The notes below the pieces were generated by a model. That model worked only from the letters and a program-made list of their open reading frames with translations, was not told the DNA's origin and made no database searches. The translations under genes were made by a program, and so were the position numbers. Below, one piece after another: positions 51,352 to 64,000 of a stretch of 64,000 bases of DNA (position 1 is the first letter of the stretch; each line of letters begins with the position of its first letter). The stretch covers positions 12,278,001 to 12,342,000 of the forward strand of contig CM052817.1 of assembly GCA_028534125.1 (NCBI GenBank), given 5' to 3'. Source of the DNA: Lama glama. Lineage: Eukaryota.

Positions 51352-54300
51352 TACTACATGTGTATAAGGGAGAGAATACTTTGTACCTAGGAAACACAAT
51401 TTTTAAAATAAAGTAATAATAGTAACAGTTCATTCTTAATGATAGCTATGAAGCTTACTAATTTTTAAAGAAGTGTTGCCTCATTTGATCCTCAGAAGAG
51501 TTAATGAGTTTAGTATGAAATCCCCTTCCCAGATGGAAGGATCGGAGAGCCCTATTTCTGAAGTGACAGCGTGGAAACTTAGAGCAGTGTATTCTACCCT
51601 CAAGCCTAGTATTGTGTTTTGTTTTATCTTCCGGTAACAGTGCCACACTAAGCAGGGACACAGTGGGAACAGAGCAGTCTCTTTTGTCTCCTATGTTCCC
51701 CTCCTTTGTGTCTGTACAGTCCCCTTCGAGCACTTGAGAAGGGACATTTCATCCCTGATATTGTTTAGATTTGTCAGTGTATGCTGATAATAAAAAGGAA
51801 GCTGCTTTCTAGTATTACTGTTTTTCAGTTCTGGACAGATAATGCGTCATTCCCCATTTCCTGCACCCTGGGAGGTGATCAGCGCCTCACCATTGGTACA
51901 CTCATATGCCTCAGCCAGACAAAGCCAACTGTTATGGCAAATACCCCTAAATATCAAGTGATACATATATTTTTGCACAATAACAGTTCATCTGTCACAG
52001 CACAGTATAATATAGGTCTTTAAGGGCTCCGTTTCATGCCATCTTTTAGAAATCCAAGCTCTTTTATCCTGTACCCCTGTACCCTTTAAATCTTGCTCTG
52101 TTCAGCCTGGAAATGGTGAGAGAGAGCATGATGATTTCAAGGGTCAGACTGGTGAGTGACGTCCATCAGTTCTGCTCAGGAAGAGGACATAAAGCAAGCT
52201 GGGAGATGTGGACTACATGTCTACCTGGGGGTAGGAGGGGCAGTGGGTTCTCGTGAGCATACAATGTCTCTACTACACCCTGTGTCCAGGATTTCTTCTC
52301 CCCAGGGCAAGGCTTAGAAATAGGTAGGTCCCTGGCCTTGCTGGATGCCAATTAATCATGTATTTGGCATAAATTTTTAGAAGCCATTATTGAAGTATTA
52401 GCACTATTTTTCTGGCATTTCCAATGCTAACTCACTTGAATTATCATCATCAGAAAATAAATCAAGTTACTTTTTAGTCATTTTATAGTTTATAAATAAT
52501 TTCACATCAGTCTTCTTATTCTAGCTTAACCATTACCTTATGGATGGTCGCAATCTATTTCTCTCCCTGTTTTATACGTGAATCGCTGCCACTCAGGAAG
52601 GTTAATGGCTTGTACCCCTCACCTAGAAGCTGACAAGTCCTCTCAAAACATTTGCCATTCTGTAAGGGAGAACTGTGCCAGGCACTTTCCATTTACCCAA
52701 CCAATATTTATTCACCCAGTTTCTTTAATTAAAGTAATTCTCATTTCATTCATACTTGCAGCAAATGGTAATTATGGTATAATTCAGGACAATGACATAT
52801 AAGTAGAGTTTCTTCTAAAAAGGGATAGGTAGAACTGATTCTGCCTTCTCTTTTCTTCTTATATTGAGCAAAGACTGCCAGACCAGCTGATCTGATTCTG
52901 TGCAGGAAGGCATGTTGGAATATGAGGCAGATGTCCCCCGGTCTATAGGTCAGGGCTGATACTGCCAGGCACAGGAAGAAATCTGTACTCTCCCCACTTT
53001 CCACATACACAGGGAGCTGGGGGTTGTCAAGGCTCTGCTTACTCGCCTCTGGTGTCCACTCCCTCCTGCTCTCAGAGCAGTGGATTTTAATTTGCTGCTC
53101 TCTCCCTCATGGGAATCTCAAAGAACTCTGCAAGCATTGGGCTTATTCATCTTCATAACATCTCTGAACACCCCTGTGAAGTTACCAAAGGGCAAAGGAA
53201 AGAGCAGCAATAATTATTCTTATTTCACAGACAGGGGAGATTGTGACAGGAAAGTGATTCAATTAAGTTCTCAAATGAGTTGTGGAGAAGTGGAGAAAGA
53301 CAGAAAAAAAGACCTAGATCTCCGGGAAAAAAAAAGAAAAAAGAGCATCCATTCCTCAACCCCTGGACCACTATTTTGCTTTTACAACTTCCTCACTAAG
53401 GGTTTAAAAAAAAAAAATGGTCTGAGCTTTCCAGCAGGTGAGTCAGGGGCATCAGATATGCAGGCTACACTCATTTACATGTATCTGCCTGTGTCTAGTG
53501 TCACAGTCTTTAAGGGGAAGCTTGGGGAAAATACATCCGGAGGTCGATGAGGCCAGAATAAGCCAACCCGATAGGAAATTGAAACTGAAATGTAAGCAGG
53601 GCTTATAGACCTCAGTTTCTCCATGTAGACATTATTGGGTAATAATATATTTTTTGATGGGTGGAATTGGTCTCTTTGCAATCTCAGATTTGAAATGGGC
53701 ACAGGGTACAATAACAAAGTCTACTATATTTACCCAACTCTTGTGTACTTTCTAGGAAATATACACATGCTCCTTAAACTATGTTGGCTGAAAGCAAGCC
53801 AGTCTTTAACAACCGTTCACTGAAGGAAATTCATCACATGACGCGTGGTGGGGAAGAAAAAGGCCTAGATCAGTGATGCCTCCCCCTTCATACTCCTACA
53901 TCAGACTCTGAACTGCATTGATCAAAGTCTCTACACCCTTCCCCCTCCTTTTCAACCCATCCCCGTGCTATAAGACAACATCATTTTTCAGATTTTTTAT
54001 CAAGCAGAGAAGTTCACCAAACTAAGGGCAACAATCAGATAGATTACGTGATGTGAGACAGTAGAGAAGAGGCACCAGGTAGGGATCTCCTCTAAGTCCC
54101 TCGTAGTCCCTGCAGGTGAGCTTTGTGAACTCCAGCCTCTGTCACCTGCTAGTCTTCTGTCTTTGGCTACACTATAATGTGTGCCATTTCCCAAGCATAA
54201 ATGCATCTTATTTCCTTCAAGTGAGATGCATTTTTCCTCAAATATTATCTTTTTGTACTTAAGTCCTCTCCTGATTCCTATTCATTTTCAGTTTACACGT

Positions 54301-54464
54301 CATTTCTTTTTAGAAGTCTTTTTTTTTCCTCCCTAAGGTTGGATTACATAGCCCTCCATTGCACTATACGTCACCTAATATGTGCTCCAAAAGTATTTGT
54401 TAAATAAATATGAAGCTCAATGTTCCAATATTTTTTGAAGTTAATATTTGAGATATGTTTCAAG

Positions 54465-54633
54465 GACAAATGCTGGAGAGGCTGTGGAGAAAGGGGATCC
54501 CTCCTACACTGCTGGTGGGAATGCAGTTTGGTGCAGCCACTATGGAAAACAGTGTGGAGATTCCTCAAAAGACTAGGAATAGACTTACCATATGACCCAG
54601 GAATCCCACTCCTGGGCTTGTACCCAGAAGGAA
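54465..54633 (+). mobile_element. Young L1 ORF2 fragment running into an assembly gap
   Basis: Encodes [56 protein letters not shown]; 3 mismatches in 115 bp versus the 10178-10292 copy. Confidence 0.96.
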
Positions 54634-55133
54634 NNNNNNNNNNNNNNNNNNNNNNNNNNNNNNNNNNNNNNNNNNNNNNNNNNNNNNNNNNNNNNNNNNN
54701 NNNNNNNNNNNNNNNNNNNNNNNNNNNNNNNNNNNNNNNNNNNNNNNNNNNNNNNNNNNNNNNNNNNNNNNNNNNNNNNNNNNNNNNNNNNNNNNNNNNN
54801 NNNNNNNNNNNNNNNNNNNNNNNNNNNNNNNNNNNNNNNNNNNNNNNNNNNNNNNNNNNNNNNNNNNNNNNNNNNNNNNNNNNNNNNNNNNNNNNNNNNN
54901 NNNNNNNNNNNNNNNNNNNNNNNNNNNNNNNNNNNNNNNNNNNNNNNNNNNNNNNNNNNNNNNNNNNNNNNNNNNNNNNNNNNNNNNNNNNNNNNNNNNN
55001 NNNNNNNNNNNNNNNNNNNNNNNNNNNNNNNNNNNNNNNNNNNNNNNNNNNNNNNNNNNNNNNNNNNNNNNNNNNNNNNNNNNNNNNNNNNNNNNNNNNN
55101 NNNNNNNNNNNNNNNNNNNNNNNNNNNNNNNNN
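54634..55133. other. Assembly gap, 500 N
   Basis: Run of n. Confidence 1.
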
Positions 55134-57389
55134 TTATGATGAATTGCATAATTATAATATTATTTTATTGAAGTGGTAGTAAAATATTCATGTTACCATC
55201 TTTTAAAGCAGATTCTTATTTGCATGTCGTAGGGCCCCTCTCTCCGGGATTCATTGTTACATTTTGTTGTCTTGAAACGTTTACATCAAAAAATTATTTT
55301 TATTACCTTAAATGGAGACTAAATGAGCAAAGTATCTTCTTTATGAAATACATTTACCATATTCAGTTACAGAATTAAATGGGAACTTTCAGGGCTGAGG
55401 ATCTGAGAATATTTATGCATAAATTCAAGCATTTGATTTTTAGGATTTTAGATGATGAAAAACAAATAAGCACCCACAATCTCTGAGTAAGAAGCTGCTA
55501 AGAATTTAATCTGGGTCTTTCTTTGAACTATGTTTTATCCATGAGATTATTCAATTAGTTCCTCAAGTAATAAATGACTACCCAGTGAAACGCCAAACGC
55601 CAGATAATTTTCCTGCAGAATTTTAACAACAACAACAAAAGTTTTCCCCTGGGACCCTAGTTGGAAGGCACTATGGATGCAGCACCTGGGGTGAACAAGG
55701 GTAATCGAGTTTATAATAATTAATTCACAGCAGCTATTCTCTAGTGATCAAAGATTGAATCATATGCAAGTGTGGTTTTAATTTCCTCCTTTAAATGAAG
55801 AACAAGCAAAACTATAAATCACAGATCCAATTCTGCTATAAATCTCATTTGTTCCATTGCTTGCTGACAGTCTGAAAGAAATATTCTATTCCTTGCATTC
55901 TTGGTCCATATCAGGTTCATTATATTTTATTCTTTCCAGTAATATGTAAGCAGAAGACATGCAGACTCTGAAGCTGTTAGCAATGACTTCTCTGTTGCCC
56001 TTCGAGATTGACAGTGACAGGCAATCAGACATGCAAATGATACTGGCTTGTGTCTCTGTATTGCACTTTACATTATGAAGGAGACAAGATACATGCATCA
56101 CTACCCTTGAGGGGCCTCTTACAGAAATTTGTAGGTTGCATTGGACAAAACAGTTTCTGGCAACCTCAAGTTTTGAGAGTTTCTTCAATTTTGGAGCCCC
56201 CAAACTTTCCAGACACTAAATTCTTTTCACCAGTTCTTTGCAACTCCTTATACTAACCAATAAGATTCACTGACAAAAAAAGAGCTAAATAAGACATGAA
56301 AATACCCTAAACTTTTATTTTTTTAATCTTCTAGAAACCAATATCTTCTAGAAGGTCTCAGATGCTTCAGATACTGAGAGACAGTAAGGATTTTGAGCCA
56401 AATTTGTGAGATGTTTTCATTTCTTTCCCAATCCTACTCTTCCTTTGAAGTTTTGCAGGTTTATATATAATTTTCTCTTTGTTTATACTTTCAAATATCT
56501 GATATATTTTTGTGGATACATAACTTTTTCTATGGAAATGGCTCTGCTTGATGGAATAATCTAATAGCAGATAACACAGATGATTTTTCCTTTTCTGTCC
56601 AAAATAATGGTTTTGCCCCAGTTACATATTGATATGCAGAATTAAAAGTACAACTGTTCCAGAAATAATGAAAAACTTACGCAAGATGTCTTTGGTCTTT
56701 TATATTTATTTAACAGAGAAAAGTATGCGGATTTTGATCACAATGTGGTGCAAATTTGTGGTTTCTTGGTCATAAATTTGAAGGTAAGATTATGACTCAT
56801 CTTGAACTTGTAAAGATATGAATTTTTGCATAATATCCCCTAAAGTCACAGCTCATCATTTTGTAGGCAGAGAAACAACTTTCAGAAAGGCACTCATGGA
56901 TTGCAATGCTAATCTCGGTCTTTTTGCTATGTCTTGTTGTGTAAACCATCTGATTTATTAATTTCTTTGGCTTTCCCTCAGGGAAAGCAGTTTTTTCTTC
57001 CCACTTACTCTCAAGGAAAATGTTGAACAACATGGACATTTGCTAAGATAATACAGTTTATTTGAAAGAACACCAAACCAAGAGTAGAATCGTCTGGGTC
57101 AAATTATTTAAATTTATCTTCTTTCTAGGGATAAATTCCTCAGCATATAGTCACATCTCTGGGTTTCTACTTCCTAAAGTAGAAAATGAGGGATTTTAAG
57201 CAGTGAAAGTCTAAATTTCTTTCCAATTGAAGTAAACTATGATAAGAGCTTTGGCTTTCTTTTCTCCTTTTATGAGAAGCAGGCTGAGGCAAATTTGAGA
57301 TGAGCAGATGTGCATATAGGGTGAAATATAAAATGGTATAGCGTAAAATACATGCCAAGCAATGTTCTTGGCAACACACATACACATAT

Positions 57390-57555
57390 CTTGTGTAACC
57401 TTTGTAATTGTCTTCCTCCTTGGATAAGATTACTATCTGCATTGTACAGATGAGGAAACTGAACCACAGAGAATCAAACAGAATAGCTTGGCCAAAGTCT
57501 CACAGCCAGCTGTCAGTGTCAGCACCAAGCGTGAAACACACAGGCAGTTTGGCTA
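57390..57555 (-). mobile_element. MIR SINE
   Basis: cattgtacagatgaggaaactgaaccacagaga...cttggccaaagtctcacagcc. Confidence 0.8.
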
Positions 57556-59120
57556 CATAGTTGATGTTCTTAAACCCTGAGCTACAAAGTTAGTTTTTTT
57601 TCCCCCACTGAAATGTGATAATCTAGGATCTTTATACATTTGGTAAGTTCTGGCACTGCTCAGAGATATCTGAACGACTACCTCTGGCCATGAGCACCAC
57701 CTCAAAGCATAATCCCAGAAGTCCTTCCTCATCATCATACCTTCTTTACAAAGAAGTAACTTGCTCCTAATGACAGAGCCACATGTTGGTGGAGAGTTAT
57801 CGGTTTGTTTTGGTTTGTTGCAGATAATTCATTTTCGTCATGGGAAATGGTCTCTCTCATATTTGCTGTACTCTAATTTCCTGAACAATACGTCCTTTCT
57901 CTCCATGTGTCTCCTCTGGAAGGCCTTCCTGGGGTTTCCTGTAGTATTTGTAATTCTTGTGGATTTTGCGAAGTGGTTTTGTGACTTTGTGTGAGACTTG
58001 AGGCAGAATAAAAATGTTAACTACTTACTTCCCTCATAGGAGGAAGGAATGACCTGGATGATGATAACAATAATGAGAATGATAAAGAATAGAAGGATTT
58101 TTTTTTAATTTGTATATAATACAGAGTTGAAGCATTTATTTCCATTTTGGAAGATTTACTCCAGCAGCAGTACAACACAATGTAGGAAAGGATTCCTGAG
58201 TTAGGAAGACCAAGTAGGAGAATGCAGAAGTAACCCAAGTGACAGTAACAGTGCATTGAATGGATGCGAAGGCTGTAGGAATGAAAAAAAAATTGAGGGA
58301 ATTTGAGAAATATTAAAACGAGGAACTTGGTAGAAGTTTGCAATTGGTTGCGTTCAAGAGGATGAAGGAAAAGAAGCTGTCAAAGTAATGCCTATGTTTT
58401 TAACTTCACAATTAGAAGAATGGTGGGCAAATTACTTCACCTCTCTGAGCTTCAGCATATCCATAGGTGGAGCAGAGACGCTTAGCTGGTGAGCATATTG
58501 GAGCATTCTAGTGAAAGGATGCAAAAGTACCGAGAACAGGGGCAGAAGTAGGTAACACTCATTGAAAAGATTATTATTTAATAAATTTTATTTATTGAAA
58601 AATCAATGGCTTAGCATGTAAGAAGTGTGAGAAGTCATCACAAAATAGGTGACAGTATGAACAAACCCAACCCCTATGCTTTTTTGGGATCTAAAAAGCC
58701 AAAACGTTAATAGTCAGAAATAATTTTAATTTATGCTTCATTCTTGAGAAAAATGGCAAATAGCTAAACATACTTCTTATAAGAAATAAGAATTTGAGAA
58801 ACTTCATGTCTCACCCAGGGCCATGCTTGCATCACCAGGGTGGGCAAGGGGATTGCAAACTAGGTATGCTCCTGGAAAGACCTTCAATACTCACAACCTA
58901 ACCATCATTATCTGTGCACAGAGCATCAGGACTACTCTCATTATACCCTCCATGTCTGCAGGCTGGAATGCAAAAGAACCACAGGGTGACAGTAGAAGGA
59001 GTTCGTTGATGATGGCACATCCATCACCAAGCATAAGTCTCTAGACAGCTTTATTGAGAAGGCTTGGCATGCCTAATTGTTCACTCACCCAGTTCTATTT
59101 ATTGAGAAAGAAGTAAACTT

Positions 59121-59482
59121 CTTAAGCCAGAAAGAGGAAGAAAAATACCATATGATATCACTCATATGTGGAATCTAAAAATAAAAGACAAATCAACTTA
59201 TTTATAAAACAGAAACAGACTCACAGACATAGAAAACAAATTTATGGTTACCGGGGGGAAGGGGATGGTAAGGGATAAATTGGAAGTTCAAAATTTGCAG
59301 ATATTGACTGGTATATATAAAATATATGAACAAGTTTATACTGTGTATTTGACATCTTGTAGTAGCTTACAGTGAAAAAGGATATGAAAACAAATACATG
59401 TATATTCATGTATGACTGAAATATTGGGCGGTACACCAGAAATTGACACAACATTATAAACTGACTATACGTCAATTAAAAA
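59121..59482 (+). mobile_element. Camelid-type L1 3' end with 14-bp TSD, inserted in an MLT1 LTR end
   Basis: ORF2 end (catatgtggaatctaa) plus 3'UTR and A-tail; AAAGAAGTAAACTT at 59107-59120 and 59483-59496; downstream tttgttatagcagc...ctaataca is MLT1-like. Confidence 0.95.
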
Positions 59483-61803
59483 AAAGAAGTAAACTTGTTA
59501 TCTAAAATTACTGATTTTTAAGGTTTATTTGTTATAGCAGCTAGTTTTATTCTAATACACTACCCATTTTAGTCTCTTATTTATCCTCTTACCCAACCAA
59601 GATGCCCCCTTCTTAGGATCCCCTTAAGAATCTGGCTTCTCGATGCTGTCACTGAACAGCTGAAATAAAGCCAGAAATCAGCTATCTCCACACATTTATT
59701 ACATGAGATAGATACACTGTTACCTGTTTACCATCACTTTCATTTTTCTGTAACTTGAAGCCAAGAGTGCTCCCAGTTGCTACACCATTAGTGAAGATGG
59801 ATGAAAAAAAAAGTCTCAATATGGAATTCTGTATAAGTCTTGGTTATGTCAAGCAGAAATTAGCTCATTTCCTATGAGTTAAGCAAGTACTAGGTCTGTT
59901 CAAACAGGAAGAACAATTATAATAGCATCACTGCCTCTGTAGGAAATTTAGCTTTTTAATCAAAATGTCTGTGATGTTTGTATCTGACTGATCTTAAGAT
60001 ACTTGGAAGTCTAGATTTAAAAAAATGTGAAAGCTGGCATTTTATGTGACTTAGCTCATCAATCATTTCTTCAGGTGTGCTAGAAATCTTGCTTACACAG
60101 TCTTTCTCTTTCTATAATAACTGAAATATTGGCCAAATAAAATAAATTATATACTTAACAAATGCAACATAAACATTGCATATAGCTTTGTTTCTTTGAT
60201 AGAGTTTAGATAAAAAGACTGAGGCAGCAATCTAAGTGCTCCTAAGTGTATGTTTGGAAAATTACTTTAAAAACTAGATCTTGGTATCAGCTTATTGATA
60301 CGTCATTAGCCTTCTTCTCCTGGGGGGAAAAATACAAGACAAAACAAACAACAGGGAAAAACTTTATTTTGTTTATTGTTCTCATTTGGATTCAGCAAAA
60401 TAAAGATGACATTTTTCAGTGGCAAGCAAGTGAAACTGTAAGGATTATGTACAATAATCCATAAAGATTTCAAAAGAGCTTGGGAATTTGCTGTATGTTT
60501 CCTCCTGGTGGAAATGCTCACTTGCAAGTAATGGAAAGTTTTCATCAAGCAGGATTGTACTTCTGAATCACATTTGGTTGTAGAAATACTTCTGTGGAAG
60601 CTATAAGATTAATTTATTAGAGAAATGCTTCTTAATTTTTTTAACTTATTTGTTAACATGTTATTCCTTGAATTAACCAATTTTATCAAGCATCCACCTT
60701 ATGAAAATCCTATCAAGACAATGGCCTTCCTCTGAGGAGAGAGTTCAGGACAACAAGACATATAATGAATTTGAAGCCAGACATTCTTAAGTCTGAAGCC
60801 CAGCTAGGCTCTTCACTTCTTGTGTAACCTCAGAAAATGTAACTAAGGCTTTGATACTCTTCATCTTGTCCGTTATACCCACATTATATATTTGGTGGGA
60901 GGATACGGTAAGACAGCATATACAAAAGTCTAGCTCAGTTCCTAGACCCGAGGAACCTCCATGGGTATTTCTTCTTTTCTTCTGAAAGAGTTAACATTCA
61001 TCACAAGGGTGACAAGACAGACCACCACACTCAAAAGAAGTATGGATAGAACACTGTGAGGGTGCACAGACAGCTTCCAGGGTGGGCAGGACAGGAAAAG
61101 AAAGCAGGAAAAAGATGACCTATGAACTGAACTTTGAAAAAAGGATTTCAGCTGAACAAGGAAAGAGGTATGGATGTGTCTTCCATTGCTTCTTAGAAAG
61201 GGAATCTCTTTCTGCTTCTCATCCAGCAAAGTGGCACATCTATTTTAATATTAACTGCACATCAGCTTCGTTAATGTACTGGATGATTTGAGTTCTTCCT
61301 TATTATCCCTCATTATTTGCTGTCTTGCCCAATTTAACCTCCTCCATCTGAAAACTGAGAAACTGTGTTTAGATTCTTTTTCATTGTTGTTTGGGTTAAG
61401 CAGGCTTGAACGTGCTGAATCCTTAATGACCTGTCTTCATTATGTGAGGGAATTACATAATGCAGTGTACCAGCATGGCATTTAACCTTAAGCTTTAACT
61501 GCATCATTTCCCCATTAGCCTTACGTTTTATATGACCCCCATTCTTAGGAGGATTAGAAGAGGCTCACTCTTGTATTACTAGGGGATAAATTAAATTAAA
61601 TTCAATAAAACATCCCAAGTGCCTATCATGGTGGGCCAGGCACTTTACATGTTCATCTTTGTATTGTCAAGCCTACCATGGTACCTACATAAATTAGGTA
61701 CTAATACATATTGTAATGAATAAATGCTGGGGGTTCTGAAGGATATCAACATGAATGAAATGCTGTTTTGACACTCAAGAATTTTTAAAAATGATTATGA
61801 AGA

Positions 61804-62134
61804 TGTCCAAGTCCATTTGGGCCATTAATTAGGTGTCTTCTAGACAGCAAACACTTATTGCTCATAGTCCTGGAGGCTGGGAAGTCCAACATTATGGGGC
61901 CAGCAGATTCAGAGTCTAGTGAGAGACCTCTTCCTCATTGACAGCTGGCTTCTCATTCTGACTTCACATGGCAAAAATGCCTAGGGAGCACGGTGGGGTC
62001 TCTTTCATAAAAGCCCTAATTCGTCTTCATGACCTGAGCATCTCCCAAAGGGCCCACCTCTGATAGCATCACACTGGGAATTAGATTTCAACATATGGAT
62101 TTGAGGGATGGGAGCAAATATTCAGTCTACAGCA
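61804..62134 (-). mobile_element. MLT1A0-type LTR
   Basis: ctggaggctgggaagtccaa...ccagcagattcagagtct...tcacatggc...catcacactgggaattagatttcaacatatg. Confidence 0.88.
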
Positions 62135-62689
62135 GAGGGCTAATTAAAATATATCCGAATAATTCCACATGTCTGATTATATATGTAGAGATACAAAGTA
62201 GTATAGGAATTAGATGACTAAAAGGGTGGATGACAACTGGATGGGAAAGGAGAACCAGAGACTTAACGTGAAAGGCATAGTTAAAGAAGAGTATTAACAG
62301 GTGATTAAGGAAGAATAGTTTGAAGTCCAGGTGTACAATTCACATGCATTCCTGCATGGTCCTCGTAAGATACCACCATGCTTCTTATGGCTGTATCCTT
62401 CCCACATCATAAAAGCATGAAATAATCCCAGACATAGAGTAAATAGTATATAAGATGGTATAGCTTGTGAATTACATAGACAACTCGATTGTTAAGGCCA
62501 GTCAACTCTTATGAAACCAACGGGCCTGCCTAGTAAAATTCATTTGTTGTTGTCATATGTGGTGGTTCTTACATATAAAGGGAAATTGCACAGACAAAAA
62601 TTATATTTTTTCTCATGGAAAAAATTACTTATTAATCCAATGAAAATTATCCTAAACATGTCACACAAGTCAGAAGAATCCTCACATCA

Positions 62690-62885
62690 AGCGTAAGGTA
62701 AGATACTTGGAATTACAAAATCTGATTTCAAATCCAGGCCCACCATTTTTTACCTACGCGTGTAGGTTATTTGCCCTTTCTTAGCCTCTGTTTCACTATT
62801 ACTAAAGTAGCAATCATAACCTTTACCTCAATGGTTAGGTGCAAATTAAGTAAGATTAAGTTTCATTAAATGCTTAGCAAATTTC
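62690..62885 (+). mobile_element. MIR SINE
   Basis: ttcaaatccaggccc...gcctctgtttc...aaattaagtaagatt...aaatgcttagca. Confidence 0.7.
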
Positions 62886-62900
62886 AGAAACTTGGTGTTT

Positions 62901-63207
62901 ATGAACTTACTTACAAAACAGAAGAAGGATCACAGACATAGAAAACAAACTTAAGATTACCAGGGGGAAAAGGGATAGGAAGGGGTAAATTAGGAGTTAA
63001 AGATTTGCAGATACTAACTTCTACATATAAAATAGATAAATAAGTTTCTTCTGTATAGCACAGAGAACTGCATTCAATATCTCATAGTAACCTATAATGA
63101 AAGAGAATATGAAAACAAATAAATGTATTTTCAGGTATGACTGAAACATTATGCTGTACACCAGAAATTGACACAATGTTGTAAACTGACTATACTACAA
63201 TAAAAAT
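62901..63207 (+). mobile_element. Camelid-type L1 3'UTR fragment
   Basis: atgaacttacttacaaaacaga...tcacagacatagaaaacaaac...gctgtacaccagaaattgacac...gtaaactgactatac. Confidence 0.92.
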
Positions 63208-63219
63208 GTAGCTTCTTTA

Positions 63220-63710
63220 ATATCAGTTACATTGTCTTCATTTCCAGCTAATAGACATTTCTAACTCAAACTAACTTAAAGATTAAAGAAATTTCTTATT
63301 ATGTATAACAAAAAGCCCAGGAAAACACATTTTAACTTGGATCCTTAGAGGACCAGATTCTGTCTTTCTACACTGACATTCTTAATGAATTGTTTTTGTA
63401 TGCTGTCAGGTTAGCCTTGATTACTCTCATGGCCCAATAGGGCTGCACCAGTTCCAGACATCACATGTAGACAGAGTAATGGCTGGAGGCATAAAGTGAC
63501 TGTCTTTCCCAGCACCTCATTTTTTTTTAATAGATACGTATTTTTCTAGATTAAACCTAATATCTGTATTTCCTTTCTCTTTGGCAAAAATGAGACATAT
63601 GCATGCCTATAAGTTATCTGCCAGGAAGAAGATGGGATTATTTTTATCAGTATGAGTAATTCACTTGGGATGGAGTGGATTTTGAGGAGTCAAAAAACAT
63701 CACTATTGTC
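63220..63710 (-). mobile_element. Old MLT1 (K/L/M-like) LTR
   Basis: tatcagttac...ctaactcaaactaacttaaa...ggctgcaccagttccagacatcacatgtagaca. Confidence 0.55.
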
Positions 63711-64000
63711 AAGTATGATTTTCTCGTTTGAATTTTTAATTTTATTTCATAAACCTGGAAGCCAGGATTAAATTAAATTTTTTAAAAAGTAGTCTAATAA
63801 GAGGAAACATTTGGTGATGAAATATTTTTCAAATACATGTGAATCCTATTGAAGTATTTGTTTCTATCCAATAAAAATAGTCAATTATGCTTATTCAATG
63901 GAGAAAAATACTCTTAGCATCATAGAATTTAGGCAAGCACTAAAAGATAAAAAAAAATCAAGTTGAATCTTGCAAATAAGTCTAAATAAATTACAACAGA

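Noticed and set aside
53080..53550. 156-aa ORF
   Set aside because: GTG start, overlaps an antisense MIR and A-runs, no homology recognised
54420..55179. 194-239 aa ORFs
   Set aside because: Artefacts of translating the N gap; only the L1 part is real
1..64000. Host gene orientation from L1/LTR strand bias
   Set aside because: Elements occur on both strands in similar numbers; no exon identified, so intronic versus intergenic cannot be decided

Overview
AT-rich, CpG-depleted mammalian non-coding DNA (intergenic or deep intronic). I find no recognisable host protein-coding exon, RNA gene, CpG island or prokaryotic feature. Much of the window is transposon-derived: ancient L1M/L2/MIR, MaLR and ERVL LTRs, hAT-Charlie MITEs, and several generations of artiodactyl-type L1. 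The young L1 3' ends, together with no visible Alu, Bov-tA/BovB, PRE-1 or Can-SINE, suggest a camelid genome (inference). There is a 500-N gap at 54634-55133. The only ORFs with clear homology are L1 ORF2p fragments. I cannot support a new gene system. The most unusual observations are two very short (about 57 and 105 bp) 5'-inverted L1 insertions with target-site duplications (TSDs), an unidentified poly(A)-tailed retrocopy carrying an 18-bp hairpin, a perfect 38-bp spaced duplication, an L1 5' end fused directly to its 3' end, and several candidate enhancers rich in TALE/Hox, RFX or T-box motifs. Repeat family names are from recalled consensus similarity, not a search, and boundaries of old repeats are approximate.
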